DNA from: Lama guanicoe
Lineage: Eukaryota
Length of the DNA: 64,000 nt
Direction: 5' to 3'
NCBI GenBank assembly: GCA_013239625.1
Contig: MU057357.1
Location: 40,132,128-40,196,127, forward strand
Shown: positions 49,951 to 63,454 of the stretch, piece after piece
How positions within the stretch are numbered: the first letter of the stretch is position 1
Layout of the letters: every line of letters begins with the position of its first letter
Translations under genes and position numbers: made by a program
The notes under the pieces: model-generated
What the model was told of the DNA's origin: nothing
Databases searched by the model: none
What the model saw: only the letters and a program-made list of their open reading frames with translations

Positions 49951-51349
49951 AAGTTTGATTCCTTTAGTCCGCTTACCCTCCCCACCTCTCTCACCCACTT
50001 TGTTGCTTTCTGCTTCTCTCCTGTCCTCCCATGGGGAAAAGAAGTATGACCAGGTCTGAGGCAGGAGTGTCCAAAGATGTCACCATCTTGAACCTTTCAC
50101 TTTGAGGGCCATGGGTTGGAAACAAGGGTGATGGAAGGTTATCGGATGTGGGGTTGGCAGCTGGAAGAGAGCAACTTGGGGCACAGGGCTGAGAAGTGCA
50201 AAGGCAAGGGGATTTGTGAAGAAATTGGAAAAAGAAGAAGTGGAAAAAAACAAGCCAATTAGAAGAAAGTTAAGAAATGACTGAAGGCATAATAAAGGCA
50301 AGGAAAATGAATCATCTGAGGAGGAGATACAGAACAGAATAGAAAAAGCAAAGAGACAGACACTCCACAGGCTGTGACCTCTGTCATGGGAGACTCTAGA
50401 AGAAGACTTCTTTCATGCATCCTTTTTACATCTGCATTCTAGAAGTTAGAAAAACAAAATAAACCTTTTTTTCTAGAAGCCTCAGTGGGCCTTCAGATAA
50501 GCTTTCCTGTTATATAAAAAAGGGAAATGAGCAATTAATACCTTAAGGTAGCTTCTAGTCCTTTTGAGGAAGAAAAGGAACCCTAAGAAAAGAGAGGGAC
50601 GTGTACAAACCATTAAAGTCCATTTAAAAAAATTGTTGTCTGTTCTCAAGAGATCTGACGGAGAAATATCTGTAGCCTGAGAGAATAAGGAGAGAGCATG
50701 TCCCCCTAATCAATTTTTAATAAACATAAATGGTGTAATGAATTATGCATGGAGGAGTGGTATAAAGCATTAAACCATGAAGGATAAATAATTTAAATGA
50801 TTAAAAAGACTTCCTCTGTCATATGTTTGATGTATGAGAACTTGATCTGAATTTTCTCTTCAAGGAAATAGAGGAGGATTCTTTTTTTAAATGGATTTTT
50901 CAAAACAGATTTTTTAAAGGGAAAATCATATGATGGTCTGCTAGGTGAGGGTGCAGGGCACAGAAATGCCAACTTCCATGATCCCATATCTTGTGCTCAT
51001 TTGATAACTATGTGTGTGCCTTGCTGATGGGTGGTATTCAATCAGGCAATCAGGGGTGGAGGCACTGCCCATCTTCTAGAAGGCTGAGACTCCAGATCTC
51101 TTTCCAGGTATCCAGAGAAACTTGGTCTGGGTGCAGGAGTAAGGTGACCTGCTTCTTACACAGTCCTCTAGGATTCTGGGTAGGAGGTACTTTCTGTGCA
51201 TAGTCAGTGCCTCAAGCAAACTTCCATTTCAAATTAGAGAAACAGGATGAGTTTAACCAAAGAAGTGTTGACCAAGGCATGACCCCTGGTTGTGGGCCAT
51301 TCAACCTATGGTTGAGAGGAGCCACCTTCCTCCAAAGCACCATATTATA

Positions 51350-51600
51350 ACATGCAGTGGCCAAGAGCATAGGCATCGGGGTCAAATCTACTTAGGTGTG
51401 AACCCGCTCTCTACCACTCACGGGCTTTATCATCTTTGTCAGGTGAATTAACCTCCCTGAAGCTCAATTTTCTTGTTTGTAAAATGGGTTCAGTAATACC
51501 CCAGAGGACCTGTTGAACATTAAATAAGATACAAATGTCAGGTTCTTAGCTCAGTGTCTGGAAAACAGTAAATACACTGTACGTGGTTATTATTAACTAC
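51350..51600 (+). mobile_element. MIR SINE
   Basis: gcagtggccaagagcatagg...ctcaattttcttgtttgtaaaatggg. Confidence 0.8.
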
Positions 51601-52269
51601 ATAATTATATATTGAATGTTTTCCAGGCTCAGGGGAGTGCAAAATAGGCCAGTAGAACCAGGACAAAAAAATGTAAACCTAGGAAATACCCACCATCTAA
51701 TCTAAATCAAAGATGTGGTCTAAGAGCCAATTCTGGAAAATGCAGTATTTTTAAAAAATTTGAATTCAGATACCTTAAGGCAAAGGGCACATGTGCTCCA
51801 GTTAACCCCAGCCCTCACTGTTGCCATCAGCTTTTACTTCTCTACCTGCCTAGCTCTGACAGAAGTTTGAGTTTGCCACCTCAAGCTGAATAGTTAATTC
51901 TATAAAGTTAAATTGGTTTTCCTGAAGTTTCCTTAAGTGTTTTAATTTAACTTGGGGCATCTGATTTCTATACAGCCTTAATGGAGATAGGGAAAAATTT
52001 TTTTGGCCCAACTGAGTAATTTTGATAAAAATAAAGGCAAAACATACCAACAAATCTGCCAGTTGTTTACTTTATTGTTATTCCAAATTAATATTTACCT
52101 AACAACCATGTAGACATTATATTGCCTTTCTCACAACTCAAAAGCTGATAATTCAGAAATATAATTGCAGCCATTATGGTTGATATTCTGAAAACACACA
52201 TGCTTACTAACAAAAGTTCAAGCTCAACTTGAACTTGATGCACCAGACACCAGGAAACTGAAAACTCAC

Positions 52270-52822
52270 TGTAGGTATTTGAAATCATGGCTACAAATAT
52301 GTTGACACTTCTCCCAGTGAGAGGCAGGTCAATGTCCTCTTCCTTTGACTCTGGTGGAGGAAGGGAATTGTGACTGCTTTGACCAAGAGTAAAACAGAAG
52401 CAGCCACATGAAATGTTCAACACTAGATCATAAAAGGCCATACTTCTGCCTTATTCTTTGGGAATACTTGCTTTTGGAGACTCAAGCCACCAAGTAAGAA
52501 GTCCGACTAGATGCTGGAAAGGCCAGATGTTAGTGCTGTGGTCCACAGTCTTGGGCGAACTCATCCTTTAGTCTTCCCAGTCTTGCATCAGACATAAATG
52601 AAGAAACCATTATGGAAGTGGACTCTCCAGCTCCAATCTTCTAGTCCCCAGTTTATCAATGACCCCAGTTAAGACCACAGATGTTATGGAACAGAGAAGA
52701 ATTGTCTCCATCATGACATTTCCAAATACCTGACCCACAGAATCTGTGAGGATAATGAAATGTTGGTTTTATGAAGCTGAGTTTTGGGCTCCTTTGTTAC
52801 ACAGCAGTAGATGACTGGAGCA
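52270..52822 (+). mobile_element. MaLR solo LTR (MLT1G/H-like) with perfect 5-bp TSD CTCAC
   Basis: TG...CA termini; ctcac at 52265-52269 and 52823-52827; typical end ctgacccacagaatctgtgag...ttgttacacagcagtaga. Confidence 0.88.
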
Positions 52823-53139
52823 CTCACCCAACAAGGTGGCCTGGTTGTATATCTTGTGTGGTCACCATGTCACATCATTGTGTTTATACGATCTTGACTG
52901 TAAGAACCACCTGATCCCATCAAAATGTGCTATATTGTTGCTAAGTTTTTTCTGTACAAGATAAAAATGGTAGACTTAGCTAATCAGTCAACAGATATGT
53001 ATTGAACTGAGACCCAATAATAGGTGACACACCAGCTCTTCTGCAACTTTATAGTTTGCTTGGAAGAGTATGTTACTGTCATTTTTCATTTAGCAGTGAA
53101 TCCATGTTACCACCTCTACAGTAGAAATAACAGCTTTCT

Positions 53140-54483
53140 GCAAATGGTGTTGGGAAAACCAGACAGCAGCATATAAAGCAATGAAGCTAGAACACTCCCT
53201 TACACCATACACAAAAATAAACTCAAAATGGATCAAAGACTTAAACATAAGACAAGATACAATAAACCTCCTAGAAGAAAATATAGGCAAAACATTATCT
53301 GACATACATCTCAAAAATGTTCTTCTAGAACAGTCTACTCAAGCAATAGAAATAAAAGCAAGAATAAACAAATGGGACCTAATAAAACTTACAAGCTTCT
53401 GCACAGCAAAGGAAACCATAAGTAAAACAAAAAGACAACCTACGGAATGGGAGAAAATTTTTGCAAATGAAACCGACAAAGGCTTGATCTCCAGAATATA
53501 TAAGCAGCTCATACGACTTAATAAGAAAAAAACAAACAACCCAATCCAAAAATAGGCAGAAGACCTAAACAAGCAATTTTCCAAGAAGACATACAAATGA
53601 TCAATAGGCCCATGAAAAAATGCTCAGTATCACTAATCATCAGAGAAATGCAAATCAAAACTACAATGAGGTATCACCTCACACCAGTCAGAATGGCCAT
53701 CATTCAAAAGTCCACAAATGACAAATGCTGGAGACGCTGGGGAGAAAAGGGAACCCTCCTACACTGCTGGTGGGAATGTAGTTTGGTGCAGCCACAGTGG
53801 AAAACAGTATGGAGATTCCTCAAAAGACTAGGAATAGACTTACCCTATGACCCAGGAATCCCACTTCTGGGCATATATCCAGAAGGAACCCTACTCCAAA
53901 ATGACACCNNNNNNNNNNNNNNNNNNNNNNNNNNNNNNNNNNNNNNNNNNNNNNNNNNNNNNNNNNNNNNNNNNNNNNNNNNNNNNNNNNNNNNNNNNNN
54001 NNNNNNNNNNNNNNNNNNNNNNNNNNNNNNNNNNNNNNNNNNNNNNNNNNNNNNNNNNNNNNNNNNNNNNNNNNNNNNNNNNNNNNNNNNCATTCTAAGT
54101 GAAGTAAGCCAGAAAGAGAAAGAAAATTACCATATGAGATTGCTTATATGTGGAATCTAAAATAAAAAACAACAAACAAACAAACAAACAAAATATAAAT
54201 ACAAAACAGAAACAGACTCATAGACATAGACTACAAACTTGTGGCTGCCAAGGGGGCAGGGGATAGGAAGGGATAGACTGGGATTTCAAAATGTAGAATA
54301 GATAAACAAGATTATACTGTATAGCACAGGGAAATATATACAAGATCTATGGTAGCTCACAGAGAAAAAAATGTGACAATGAATATATATATATTCGTGT
54401 ATAACTGAAAAATTGTGCTCTACACTGGAATTTGACACAACATTGTAAAATTATTATAAATCAATAAAAAATGTTAAAAAAAG
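53140..54483 (+). mobile_element. Young 5'-truncated camelid L1 (ORF2 C-terminus plus 3'UTR), 17-bp perfect TSD, internal gap 53909-54090
   Basis: TSD agaaataacagctttct at 53123-53139 and 54484-54500. ORFs 53181-53555 and 53597-54160 encode ORF2 including the CCHC motif [18 protein letters not shown], separated by a TAG stop and a frameshift. AATAAA at 54463. Confidence 0.96.
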
Positions 54484-56090
54484 AGAAATAACAGCTTTCT
54501 TCAATGATGAGGAATTAGGCAATGCATTAAAAAGCACTTAGTGTTTTTTTTAAAAAAGATAACACTGTTGATACCCATAAGCACTTGATGTCATAATTAT
54601 TTTAGGTTAATGGGTAGTGCTAATAGTTTGTGCTATTAAGAGCATTTACAAAGCAATCTGAGCATATACAGGAAAATTAGGCTATTAGGGCCTGAGGTAG
54701 CTAGTGAGAAGCAGCTAAATTTAATAACAGTCTTAGTACTTGCATTTGGAATCAGTTTAGTGGTCTTTTTATGAACACATGGTTCAGTCTGAATTTTGAA
54801 AATCAGAGCATGGCGGTTCATAGGGCAGATCTCTTCTGAGAGGCTGTGTGAAGAAGTCATTATTCTTTCCAATTGCTGCCTTTTCAGCCTAGCCAGCAGC
54901 AGAGAAGGTCAGCTCCTTTTTTCTCCTAGATTGGGGTGGCAAAGCCATAGCACATGCGATGCCAGTCAGTCAGGCTGTCCCTAAACATGTAAGTTCGCCA
55001 TGGTGGTAGTTTCACCTGCACTGTGTGGCCATCACACACAAGTTCTCCTGGTGGACACTTGCTTGGCCATTTTTCACTGCCCATCCTTCTGAAGAGAGCC
55101 CATGGGCCCACTGAACCAGAACAAAGGTCACTAGCACAGGTACGACTGAAGATAGGTTGGTTGCTTTCTATTTGTCAAAGACTTTCTGTCTTATTTGGAT
55201 ATCTGTCTCTCTGTTAAAAATATTGGTGGGCGATGTACTGTTTGTGCTTAATCCTACAAACAGAACTGAAAAGCTAAGGAGATATCATCCTTTTGAGAAG
55301 AGCCATCAAGATGGCATTATGATTCAGTGTAAGTAGAATGGCCAAGAAACACTGGTACAGGAGATTGTAGAAGGAAGGACAAAGGGAGTTTTATATCCAG
55401 TTTTGTCTTAAGGCCTATAAATTACTAGGTAGCTTAACTTAGGATTGGAATAAGCATATTTTATTTCGAAGCTCTTATACTTTGTGCATACACAGGGTGG
55501 GCCATGTATGGTCCACTTTAAAAAAAAAATAAAACTGTGAACTAGACTATGGATTTGAGAATGAGGAATTTCCTCTGTTCTTTGTTGTTGGGAGGCAGTA
55601 ATCTTTCATTCATTTAGTAAACGCCTGCAAAGTGCCAAGGACTTTCTCTCCCCTACTCCCCAGATGAACTGGTAAGAAGTAGTGTAGTGGAAGCTGGTCC
55701 AACGGAGCAAGGGCGCGTGACTCTACTAGGAAGGTCTGGAAGGAAGAGGCTGACCCTGAACCAAGGCCAAGAATGGCATCACAGGAGACAGAACACCTCT
55801 CTCTGACCTGCTTATTGCCGTAAGTGTCAGTCTTTACTTCAGAGATGTGCTGATAGGTGGAAAGTAATTTGTTTTGTTACATACTATTCCAGATTTTTGT
55901 AAGGGATGGTAAAGCTGACTCTGGTGGGAAGCATGTCGTTAGCACATTCCCTTGTGTTAAGATAGTCACTCACCTCTGGGTGTGCCTCCCCACTCCTCTT
56001 TTCCTTGAAAAGGGCCAATAATTCCAGACTTCCTGTCTCCTTTAGAGAGACATGAAACTGTCATATGTACTGGACAACAATGAAAGGGTT

Positions 56091-56118
56091 TGATTGATTG
56101 ATTGAGTGATTGATTGAT
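56091..56118. repeat. (TGAT)n tetranucleotide repeat, one interruption
   Basis: tgattgattgattgagtgattgattgat. Confidence 0.85.
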
Positions 56119-58264
56119 TTTAAATGTCTTGGATTTTTACTTCATCAGCTTGGCATGAAGAGAACATGAGGGTGGGACCGCCAAGAAGGGAAGGTGGTTT
56201 ATAACAGAGCCTTACAGTCACCGCAACAGCAGAGTTTCTGAGCTGCCGTCGTCAGGACGGGGGAACCATGTTGAGATAAAGACGTATCTGGTCCAGTGCA
56301 GTTCAGTGAAGTTAGGGTTTACAACTGTGACTACGGTAGAAACTGCCTCTATTTGGAATTACTCTTGATCGTTATTTCCTTAGTCGACCTCCAGATAAAA
56401 TGGCTGGCTGCCATTTATGAGCCCTGGCATGTGAAAAATACGTGTCTGTAAAGACTGGCATTAAACCCAGTGTGGCATGCCAGTGACAACCGCAGACTCA
56501 CGTCTGTTGTCTCAGGACACTTTGGGGCACACTCACTGTACAGAATGTTGAGTGAGGTGGCTGTCACTGTGCCTATTAGCTTCTCTCTCAAGCATAAAGA
56601 GTTGGATTTATATAAGTAAAATATGCCTGGTATGCAACTGCGCAAATGAGAAACATAATCCCAAGATGTGTCCGGCCACCATGTTAGCACAGTTTGGTTG
56701 TGGGTTTCTGGATTTTTTTTTTTTAACAATTTGGATAGCAAATTGGATAGCAAGACAGTTTATCGTTAAAGACAACCCAGAATGGTGGTGGTGTGGTGGT
56801 GGTGCTTTGCTTTGTTTGTTTTTGTTTTTGTAACCTTAAATCCTTGTCTTTAATGAAGCTAGATGAATTATTTTTAAGCTGGATTTATACATTTAGTTAT
56901 GCATTTAGTAGCACACAACTTGTCACAACTTAAGTCCCCTGCATATTCCTATTGCTTAGGAAGTCTTCACACCTATAAAGTCTAATTACTAAAAATTCCA
57001 ACATATTTTGATGGATTTTATGGTTCGCAGTGGTAATTTTCCAATAATAAAGGAAGTATAATTTATTAAAACAAAACCTATAATCAGTTCATTGTAATAT
57101 TCCATTAACTCCCATTCTGCTCCACTTCCATCAGTGTTATTAATGACCCACAGTGCCCTGGAGGTTAAAATGCAGTTTATATAAAATGTTCAGGGAATAT
57201 ATTTCAATAAGCACACTTCTGTTACTAGATACAGAGATGTCTCATCATTCTTGTACATAAATTTGTCCTTGGAAGTTAAGTGGTGGATGTTATGTTACTG
57301 TCCATGCAGTAAGTATAGTATATCACTGAGAGATATGCAACAGTAATTTAGCAAGTAGCACCTTGTTTTATTTTAGGTACCTCCCAGAGCACCAACTCTA
57401 TTTCTAGAAGTTACTTGAAAGCAAAGAAAATAATAGGTAATGATATATAAAATGTCATGTTACTCATTCAAAATAACTGTGAGTAATTAATAAAATCTTG
57501 AGAGATGTTGATTCTTTGAAAGTTTACCTCATTTATAGGATCATGTAATTAAGCCTGTCTGCAGTCACTTCAAAATCCAAATCATAATCCAGAAAATATG
57601 TGATAAACACATGTGTTTGGGTTTGATTTTGCTCAGCTGGATATGACCCACACTCTAGTTATAACCTAAATATTCTCTGACCCCCACGTGGTCCAGATTC
57701 GGCTTGGAGTCTCATTCAAAGAAAACATTAGAAAGCCTTGAAGAGTAACATCTCTTTAATCTGAGTTTTTCTAAAAGACATGGCTTAAGGGTTTTATACT
57801 AGACACCATGTACACATTTTCTTCAAAATTCTGTGTAGCCATCCATTCCCCTGCCTGCACCTATGGCCACTGCTAGACCTCTCTGTCTTTCTCATCCACA
57901 TAGTTTTTCACTGGCTGTGTAACGTTCCTCATTTAGAAAAAATTAATGGAGATATAATTCACAAACCATTTTCCTCCTTATTTTTTCATCAGACATAAAT
58001 ACATCCAGCTCTTCCAAATCTAGAAGCATAAATGCTATACGACTTCCAGACTCGAAGTATTCACACAGATTTCCTGTTCTACTTCCTAGCTGGACCGTGC
58101 CTCTCTAGGATGGCTGGAGGACCTATAGCCCTTCTGCCCCAATTTCTGAATATCTTTTATTGCCTTCATGCCCAGCACTCTCAGAAATAAAGCCCATTGC
58201 TTGACTCTGATTGCATTTCTTGTGAGAAATTCTAATGTAGAATTTCCAAGTAATAAAATTTCCA

Positions 58265-59620
58265 CCTACTAACAGTAACAGTAGCCACCATTTATGCACT
58301 GTACTGGCTAAGCTCTTAGAATGCAGCATCACAGTCAATACTCAGAAAATTATCGCCATGTTACAGACCAGTAAACTGGGCCCCCCAAAATTAAGTAGTT
58401 CACTGCAACTAGTAAATGCTGGATCTGGGATTTGAACCCAGGTAGTTTGATTTCAGAGTCCTTCCTTTTAGGAGTGACATGAGCTTGTTTACCAATTCTG
58501 CCCTGTTCTGTGTGCTCTTAAATGTGGAAAGGAGGCATGCATCTGAGTAGGAAGATTGTGCAAACAGGTAATTTAACTAGCTGTTCTCTTGGTCCCATGT
58601 TACATATACGTGTGAGGAAAACACAGATCCTGAGTCAGAGCCACAGGTCTGCATAATGCTCGCTCATGATCTCTCCCAGTGCCCTTGGTTCACTTTTGAA
58701 TTGTTTACATTGCCTTGTATTCTTTTCTCTATTTAGCCTAAAAGAAAGGAGCAACAGTTATGCAAGAGCACCTTGGTTCTCAATACTGTCTACTACCTCT
58801 GGAATTCTGTATTTATGAGGCTTCTTAAAACTCATTGTGGGTGATTGGCAAGGCTTTCTGTGTGCCCATAGACAGTCTTTTTATGATCAAGAGAATTTGC
58901 CATATCCTTTCAATGTTTTGATCAACAGCAAAAATGAGTGAGGGGCCTAGTTATTTGGAATTAAACTGCATGAGATTGGATGGGGCCAGTTTGGTTGTCG
59001 GCATCAGGCCCTGTAGGATGCCAAAGAAGAATGACTGTGCTAGGTAGGGCTCTGGCTTTAGAGAAAGCTGGCCGGAGGGCCTGATGATTCTGGCTTAGAT
59101 TACATTACAATGGCATAAACAAATGTACCAGAGTGCAGTGCATCAGCAAGAGAACTTTCTTGACCTTTCATCTTCTTTTTAGCTGTTCCAAGGGCTCAGA
59201 AACCTGGTGCATGGTGTCTTTTTGCATGATTGCTAATGAGGAAGGTCTTTGGCATGACATAATGCTCCAAAAATCCCCCAGGGACAATGTAGGAACAATT
59301 GCTCTGGGGTCCAACTGGACTGTTTGACCTACATTGTGAAGCGCTGACTGCCAAGGGTGTGCCTCACTACCGTTCCTCTCTGTACCACATGCATGTGGTG
59401 TGCATGGTTTAGCTTTCTCTGAGACAGTTTTGGTGTATATTGAAAATGACACTGGACCTTAGTCAGAAGCTTTGGATTTAAATCCCAGTTCTATCACTTA
59501 TTTACTTGTTTGAACAAATCCCTCCCACTCTTGGAATCCCTTAGTCTGCCCTTTTGCATTATGAGAATGATTTTAAAAAGATTTACTTCATAAAAATGTT
59601 TATGTGGCTAAATTAATTTT
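58265..59620. mobile_element. Two MIR copies (~58265-58460 minus, ~59420-59620 plus)
   Basis: gggatttgaacccaggtagtttga; ggatttaaatcccagttctatcactta. Confidence 0.7.
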
Positions 59621-60569
59621 TAAAATATGTCAGAACAGAAACACTCTTTTAAGGTATTTAATTACCTCCTTTTTGTGGTCCAAACCAGGATCTCAGTCCA
59701 GTAAATTGAGAGTTGATGGCAGGTCTTCAAACTACACCTTTATCCCTACTCCGTCCTTCCCACTACCCTGGGATTCTCCATGAAAAATTAAAAATGAAAT
59801 TTTAGTGTTAACCTTTATTCAAACACATACAGATATAGAAACACGTGCGAACAATACGTGGTTAGGTATTTTATGGCCAGAATTTTCCCCATTGCCCCTG
59901 CTCTGATATCAAAACTTTAAGAAGGTGGAAGCTTTCTTTTTAAGGGAAAGTAAGGTTGGTTTCTTGTTGATTACTGTGCTTTCTTAACTAGACACTAAGA
60001 AACTCGGAATTCTAGCCTCTAAGCAGGTCTAGCAACATTATTTTCTCATTTGAATTCCCCAGCTCTTTAGAGGGTATGTTTACATTCTTGTGATCTTACT
60101 GTTGCACTCTTACCTAATTCTAGAATAGATTTCTCAACTGATGATGACGTCTAGTGATGGGAAGGCAGGTAGCAAGAAACTCACTCGGACAGCTTCCCTT
60201 CTACAGATACTTCTACAGATCTCCAGAGTGCCTGCATGTCTCAGAGTCCAAAATTCGCAGAAACATTCCTCAGGATGTTCATGGCTATGTGCCAGCCACT
60301 AGGGTCTTGACTTCCCTACTACCCTACTCTTACCCACATGATTTGTGAGAGCTATAGCCAGTCCTCACTGTAGATGAGGGAGGGAAGTGAATGGAGACTT
60401 GGCCACATACTCTTTTAGAAGGTTTATAATGTCATTTCCATATACACACACAAAATTTATTGTTGTTATTAACATGAATCTGCCATTAAATTTCCCAAAG
60501 TAATAGACTGACCTTACCAATTAACAGGGTCCTACTGTGCAGTTCTCTGATGTCCACCAAGAAAGGTCA

Positions 60570-61800
60570 CATGTATTTGATCTTTAGAAAAAAGTATAGG
60601 TAAGATTTCTAAACTGTTAGATATTAAAACACACACAGAACCCAGGGGTAAAGGGTACTACAGTAATAAAAACCATGGTCAATCAGCAAAGGTCAAGGAA
60701 AGGGGGGAGAAAAAAGAAGAAAACAATATAACAGAATACAGATAAAATAGCAGGAATAAGATAAACATATAACACTAAATGTGACTAGGTTAAATTCCTC
60801 TATTAAAATCAATAACTCTTGGATTGATTAAAAAGATAATCTAGCTAAGTGCTGTTTTTAGGAGTCTTTGTATATCAAAATTACACAGAAAGGAAGAAAA
60901 TACAGGAATAGGTTGATGAGTTCTAACGAACAAAATAAACATAGGGACGGTAATATTAATTCTAAAAAGTATAGGATTAAATGTAAAAAGAAATATTGAA
61001 TGAGACATAAAAGAACAGATATATATCAAACAAGAAGATTCAATTAATGAGAAACTTTGTGTACCGAACATTTAGCACTGAATTAGATAAAGCAAAATCT
61101 GTTAAAAACACAAGCAAAATAATACAAATAAAAATATAAATAAATTTAAAATTTAAAAACACAAAATTTTACATAATCATAGTGGGAGACTAACAAAATG
61201 CTTTCAGAATTTGATCAAGGAAATAAAAGTAGGAACAGAAGATCTGAGTAGCATAGTTATCATTATTAACCTAACCCAGTAAATAGGAAACATACATAGT
61301 TTTTTTAAAAAGACCATGGTTTGTTTACAAAAATTGATGAAATGCTAGACCACAAAGAAACTTTTAAACTAACCAGAAAGTAGATACACTGGACACATAT
61401 AACAGTAACGGAGCATTGAGAGTTAACACAAGATGGCTCCTGCCCCCACCTTCATCCAAGCACTTGGAAACTAAAACATGATCCTTTCACATAATTCTTA
61501 GATCAAACAGGAAATCACTACTGCAACCGGAGACCATTTTAAAATTCACAATGAGAATACAATGCATTGAAGTGTGGGATTGGACTAAAAATATAGTTAG
61601 ATACAAAGTTAAGCCTTTCATTTAAAGGACTGAAAAGAAATAAAATAAGCTTATAATTTAAGAAGCTAATAAATGAAAAACAAAATAAAACAACAAAGTA
61701 GGGGGAAGGAAATTATGAAGTTAAATTATGAATTAAGTTAAATTGTGAAATTTTTCTAATAAGAAAAAAATTAGATTGGCAGTAAGACAAAAGTGCAGAG
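60570..61800 (+). mobile_element. Ancient L1 internal fragment (ORF2 endonuclease region), highly degraded
   Basis: Strong A-skew; landmarks taacactaaatgtgactaggttaaattc, ataatcatagtgggagact, tttacaaaaattgat..atgctagaccacaaagaaa. Confidence 0.75.
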
Positions 61801-62129
61801 TTAATGGGAAAGGCTGCTGGAATGAGGCTGGAAAGCTGGGTTAATGGGACAGAAGACAATCTTCCTGTCCTCATTGTCACTGAGGTTTGATTGCGATGAA
61901 AAGCATGTGCAAAAAATAACTAGACAATAGGACTGTTTTCAGTGTGCCCATTTGTGAGTTATAGATAGTAAACCATCTACAGCAAAGAGTAGTATTAGGC
62001 TCTGAGTCTCTGGCTCCAAATTATCAAGGGCCTTTGGTCAGGTTACTTAGCCTCTCTGACTTGCTACTTAATCTGGGAGTCACAATACTTCCCTCATAGG
62101 ATAGCTGTGAGAATTAAATCAAAGTATAC

Positions 62130-62270
62130 CAGGCCCCCTGTATCCACCAATGTGGAACCACAGATACACAGATACTCAGGGCCAACTGTAAGGGACTTGA
62201 GTGTCCTCCGATTTTGGTGTAGGGGGTTAGTGCTGGAACCAGTCCCCTGCAAATACCAAGGGATGACTTC
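62130..62270. mobile_element. TcMar-Tigger MITE within a MIR (~61995-62290)
   Basis: caggccccctgtatcc...tggaaccagtcccctgcaaataccaagggatgact, a Tigger-type terminus. Confidence 0.7.
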
Positions 62271-63454
62271 GTGCATGTGGTAAGGGCTGCCAAAAAAAGT
62301 CATTGTGGCATCTCTTCCAGTCTCTTCTGGATGCTGGTTAGATGATCAGGTACCATCGGTATCTTAGTGCATTTTTCACAGGAGTAGGACAGAAAATAGT
62401 GTTTAGAGTACCCAAGTTCTACCTACCTGGGTGAAAAGATTGGGCATTTCATCTGTGACTGTTCGTGAAATATACCCATGGTGATTGGGTGACAGGTCTC
62501 CATTAAAAGAAAAAAATCTGTAAAGCATGGCACTCCCAAAGCAGTAGCAGTTCCTGAATTCTGGCCATGGGGAAAGGAATGGCCAGTTTTGCCTTTCTGT
62601 CGTCGGATGGCTTCCCTGGGTCTGCTCCTGACCAGTAAGCACTTTTACTTCTCATCAGTAAGAGTGAAACATCATTCTTAGACCTCTTTAGTGTCAGCAC
62701 TAGGCTCTTCAGGCATGATGATGAATTCTGAGACCTTGGAAAAGAGACGTGGTAAAAACAATAAAGGAGTCAGCTAGTAAACCCATAAAAAAATTGAAAA
62801 GGAACTTAAAGCTTGTTGAGGATTTGTGGTTTGAGGGATAGTTAGGATGTGTCTGGGAGTAGTTAAAAATCTGCAGGTGCTACACATTGAACCACGTTAG
62901 TCACAATATTTGTTCAGTAGGGGGAAGAATCGGTGAGAGTAGTTAAATGATGTTTGTGGTCCAAACAAGAGCTAATTGACAGCTCTACTTGCTCCATCCC
63001 CAAGATGCCATCAACTATAAGGTACACCGTCAAATTTATGACAGGTAAGGAGGTAGAGGGAAGGACACGATATTAAATGTATATTTTGGTTCCAAAAATG
63101 CTAGAATATGAAGGAAAAAAGTGGTCTCAACACAAACATGCATCTCAGAATTAAGGAAATGCAGAATTTCACTCAATTGGTGATTTGGTGGTTTTTTGCT
63201 GGTAGAAGATAGGACTGATTTTATAAAAGCAATTTTTTACATGTTTACTAATACATGGGGCAGAACTAGTGAAAATTAAAGGCAAGTAAAAGTTTTCTCA
63301 GGCCCGTAGGTTTTCTTTCATTCTCTCGTCAAGACAGAAAAAGTCACGGACAAACAGGGAGGTAGTATCCATGGTGAGCCAAGCATCTCGTAGGGTCAGA
63401 AAATAATGAAGAGCTCAAAAATGAAAACCCTCAAAACCAAAATATTGATAGGAG

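Noticed and set aside
53181-54160. Apparent protein-coding region with a zinc knuckle
   Set aside because: Truncated L1 ORF2 lacking promoter, ORF1, endonuclease and RT; it has a stop and a frameshift.
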